A DNA stretch of 64,000 nt from an uncultured Acidobacteriota bacterium. GTDB lineage: Bacteria > Acidobacteriota > UBA6911. The stretch is taken from NCBI GenBank assembly GCA_963843575.1, contig CAWJKZ010000010.1, positions 384,001 through 448,000 of the forward strand. Direction: 5' to 3'. Both the position numbers and the translations under genes were made by a program. Each line of letters starts with the position of its first letter. The first letter of the stretch is position 1. This document shows, one piece after another, positions 61,926 through 64,000 of this stretch. The notes under the pieces were generated by a model, which saw only the letters and a list, made by a program, of their open reading frames with translations, had not been told where the DNA came from and ran no database searches.

Positions 61926-62900
61926 ATGACATCGCCGGTCGTCGAACTGGAGAACTTAAAGGTCAGGTTCGGACGGCGGGAGATCCTTCGCGGGATCTCC
62001 TGCCGTCTTGGCGTTTCAGGGGTCGGCAGGGCGATCGGGCTCCTGGGACCCAACGGCGCCGGCAAGTCCACCCTGATCCTCACGCTGTTGGGTTTCCACC
62101 GCCGCGTCGAGGGACGGGCGCGCGTGCTCGGCTTCGACTGCCACCGTCAGCCCCACGAGGTGCGGTCCCGCATCGGCTACATGCCCGAAACCGACTCGTT
62201 CATCGCCAACCTCACGGCGGTCACCCAGCTGCGACTGATGGCCGAGCTCTCCGGCCTTCCCCCTGAAGCCGCCCTCGAGAAGGCGCACGAGGTGTTGTTT
62301 CACGTGGGGCTCGGCGAGGCGCGCTATCGCGAGCTGCGCACCTATTCCCTGGGCATGAAACAGATGGCCAAACTCGCCCAGGCGATCGTGCACGGCCCGG
62401 AGCTGGTCATCCTCGACGAACCCACCAACGGCCTCGACCCCGCCGCCCGGCGCCGCATGCTCAGGCTGGTGCGTGAAATGAAGGAAGAACAGGGGATGAA
62501 CGTCCTCCTCTGCTCCCACTTGCTGCGTGATGTCGAACAGGTGTGCGACGAGGTCGTCATCATGAAGGACGGCGTGATCGTGCACGAGTGCAACCTCGAA
62601 CAGGAAAGGCGCTCGAACAAGAGCTTCGTCGAACTCGAGGTCACGGGCAACGACGACGATCTGCGCGGGGCGCTGCCGGGCATCGGGGCCGACGGGGTGA
62701 CGGAGGGCGGCGGCCGGTGGCGCATCGTCCTGCCCCCCGACACGGACGTGCAGGTGGTGTGGGACCTGATGGCGCGCCAGAAGCTGCTGGTGCGCAAGCT
62801 CACCCACCGTCGCGACACGCTCGAAGAGATCTTTATGAAGGCCATGGCAGGGAATGCCTCGGCCGGCACCCAGCAACCAGCAACCGAAGCCCGGGTCTAG
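61926..62900 (+). CDS. ABC transporter ATP-binding protein
   Basis: GPNGAGKS, YSLGMKQ and LDEPTNGLDP. Confidence 0.93.
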   Translation: MTSPVVELENLKVRFGRREILRGISCRLGVSGVGRAIGLLGPNGAGKSTLILTLLGFHRRVEGRARVLGFDCHRQPHEVRSRIGYMPETDSFIANLTAVTQLRLMAELSGLPPEAALEKAHEVLFHVGLGEARYRELRTYSLGMKQMAKLAQAIVHGPELVILDEPTNGLDPAARRRMLRLVREMKEEQGMNVLLCSHLLRDVEQVCDEVVIMKDGVIVHECNLEQERRSNKSFVELEVTGNDDDLRGALPGIGADGVTEGGGRWRIVLPPDTDVQVVWDLMARQKLLVRKLTHRRDTLEEIFMKAMAGNASAGTQQPATEARV

Positions 62901-62903
62901 CAC

Positions 62904-63764
62904 ATGGCAGTCTACAGGCGCGGTTACCGGAGATACCAGGGCAGGATCACCGGAAGGTGGTCCCGGTTCATGGTCTTGCCCCGTTTTTCCTGGCACCGCC
63001 TCTTCCAGCAGCGGCTGGTCGTCCTGCTCACCGTCGTCGCCACGATCTGGCCGTTGCTGTGCGCCACCTTCATCTACCTCACCAACCACGCCGAGCTGCT
63101 CAAGGGTCTGGACAGCGAGTTCCGCAGGTTCATCGAGGTCGACGGCCGGTTCTTCATCATCTTCATGAACGTCCAGGCCGTCTTTGCCATTTTCCTTGCG
63201 GCGCTCACCGGTCCCGGGCTGATCGCCCCCGATCTGGCGAACAACGCCCTGCCGCTCTACTTCTGCCGCCCGGTTACCCGGTCCGGCTACGCACTGGCAC
63301 GCCTGCTGGTCCTGGTGGGGATGCTGTCGGTCATCACCTGGATCCCCGGCTTGTTCCTGTTCGGGATGCAGGCAGGGATGGCGGGCGGGGGGTGGCTCCA
63401 GGCAAACTGGACGATCGGTTCCGGCATCGTCGCCGGCTTTGCCATCTGGGTGCTGCTGGTGAGCATGGTTGCACTCGCCGGTTCGGCCTGGGTGAAGTGG
63501 AGGGTGGTGGCGGGGGCACTGGTGCTGGCATTCTTCTTCATACTCGCCGGCCTGTCGGTTATGGTCAACGGGGTCTTTCGCGTGACCTGGGGCCACGCGC
63601 TGAACCCTGCCTGGGCGGTCAACCGGTTGTGGTGCGCGATGCTCGGGGTCGACCCCCCCGACGGACCCGGCATCGTGCCCTGCATAACCGCGCTGGTGCT
63701 CATCATCCTCCTGCTTGCGCTCGTACTCGAGCGCAAGCTGCGCCCTGTGGAGATAGTTACATGA
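62904..63764 (+). CDS. ABC-2 type permease
   Basis: Multiple TM segments; IAPDLANNALPLYFCRP motif. Confidence 0.85.
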   Translation: MAVYRRGYRRYQGRITGRWSRFMVLPRFSWHRLFQQRLVVLLTVVATIWPLLCATFIYLTNHAELLKGLDSEFRRFIEVDGRFFIIFMNVQAVFAIFLAALTGPGLIAPDLANNALPLYFCRPVTRSGYALARLLVLVGMLSVITWIPGLFLFGMQAGMAGGGWLQANWTIGSGIVAGFAIWVLLVSMVALAGSAWVKWRVVAGALVLAFFFILAGLSVMVNGVFRVTWGHALNPAWAVNRLWCAMLGVDPPDGPGIVPCITALVLIILLLALVLERKLRPVEIVT

Positions 63765-63863
63765 TGGGTGATGGGGTTTGGGTGTCGGGTTTTGGCGAGC
63801 ACCGCATGGCCACCCTTCGCTGCCCGGGTTCTCGAACACCCAACACCCAAGACCCAAAACCCG
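63765..63863. repeat. Inverted array of heptamer repeats forming a hairpin
   Basis: gggtgat/ggggttt/gggtgtc/gggtttt versus aacaccc/aacaccc/aagaccc/aaaaccc. Confidence 0.6.
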
Positions 63864-63876
63864 CTTTGGAGCTTTC

Positions 63877-64000
63877 GTGAGCGCGCCGTCGGTGGTGTTC
63901 GAGGAGGTATCGAGATTCTATGGCGAGGTGCTCGGGGTGAACCGCGTCACCCTCGACATCCCGCCGGGGATAACGAGCCTGGTCGGGCCAAACGGCTCCG
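63877..64000 (+). CDS. ABC transporter ATP-binding protein, 3'-truncated by window edge
   Basis: GTG start; [24 protein letters not shown]...LVGPNGS (Walker A beginning). Confidence 0.85.
   Translation, partial: MSAPSVVFEEVSRFYGEVLGVNRVTLDIPPGITSLVGPNGS

Overview
GC-rich bacterial window. Gene content suggests Acidobacteriota (inference). In order, it holds: (i) 1-13.6 kb of mixed envelope and signalling genes (FAD oxidoreductase, two paralogous small membrane proteins, PaaK/CapK-like ligase, methyltransferase, Glu/Leu/Phe/Val dehydrogenase, rhomboid protease, Gly/Pro-rich TonB-like protein, Ser/Thr kinase); (ii) tRNA-Ser(TGA); (iii) a 12-gene minus-strand lipid-type cluster (FabF, atypical ACP, UbiD, SCP2, Fe-S/FAD oxidoreductase, extended SDR, DUF523-like protein, Lol/MacB-like exporter) ending in an internally deleted B12-radical SAM gene; (iv) a lower-GC GH109 gene; (v) an expanded kdp locus with KdpD split over three genes, a porin and two micro-peptides; (vi) an IS91-like remnant; (vii) divergent siroheme-synthesis and sulfite-reductase/APS-reductase operons; (viii) further housekeeping and secreted-protein genes and an ECF sigma/FecR/ABC operon. 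The strongest unannotated signal lies between the two sulfur operons (42790-43320). It has two back-to-back sigma70 promoters, a perfect 20-bp palindrome between them and, on each strand, a leader peptide with four Cys codons, an antiterminator segment and an intrinsic terminator. This looks like a pair of mirror-image cysteine-sensing transcription attenuators. Several genes carry single-base frameshifts that may be sequencing errors.
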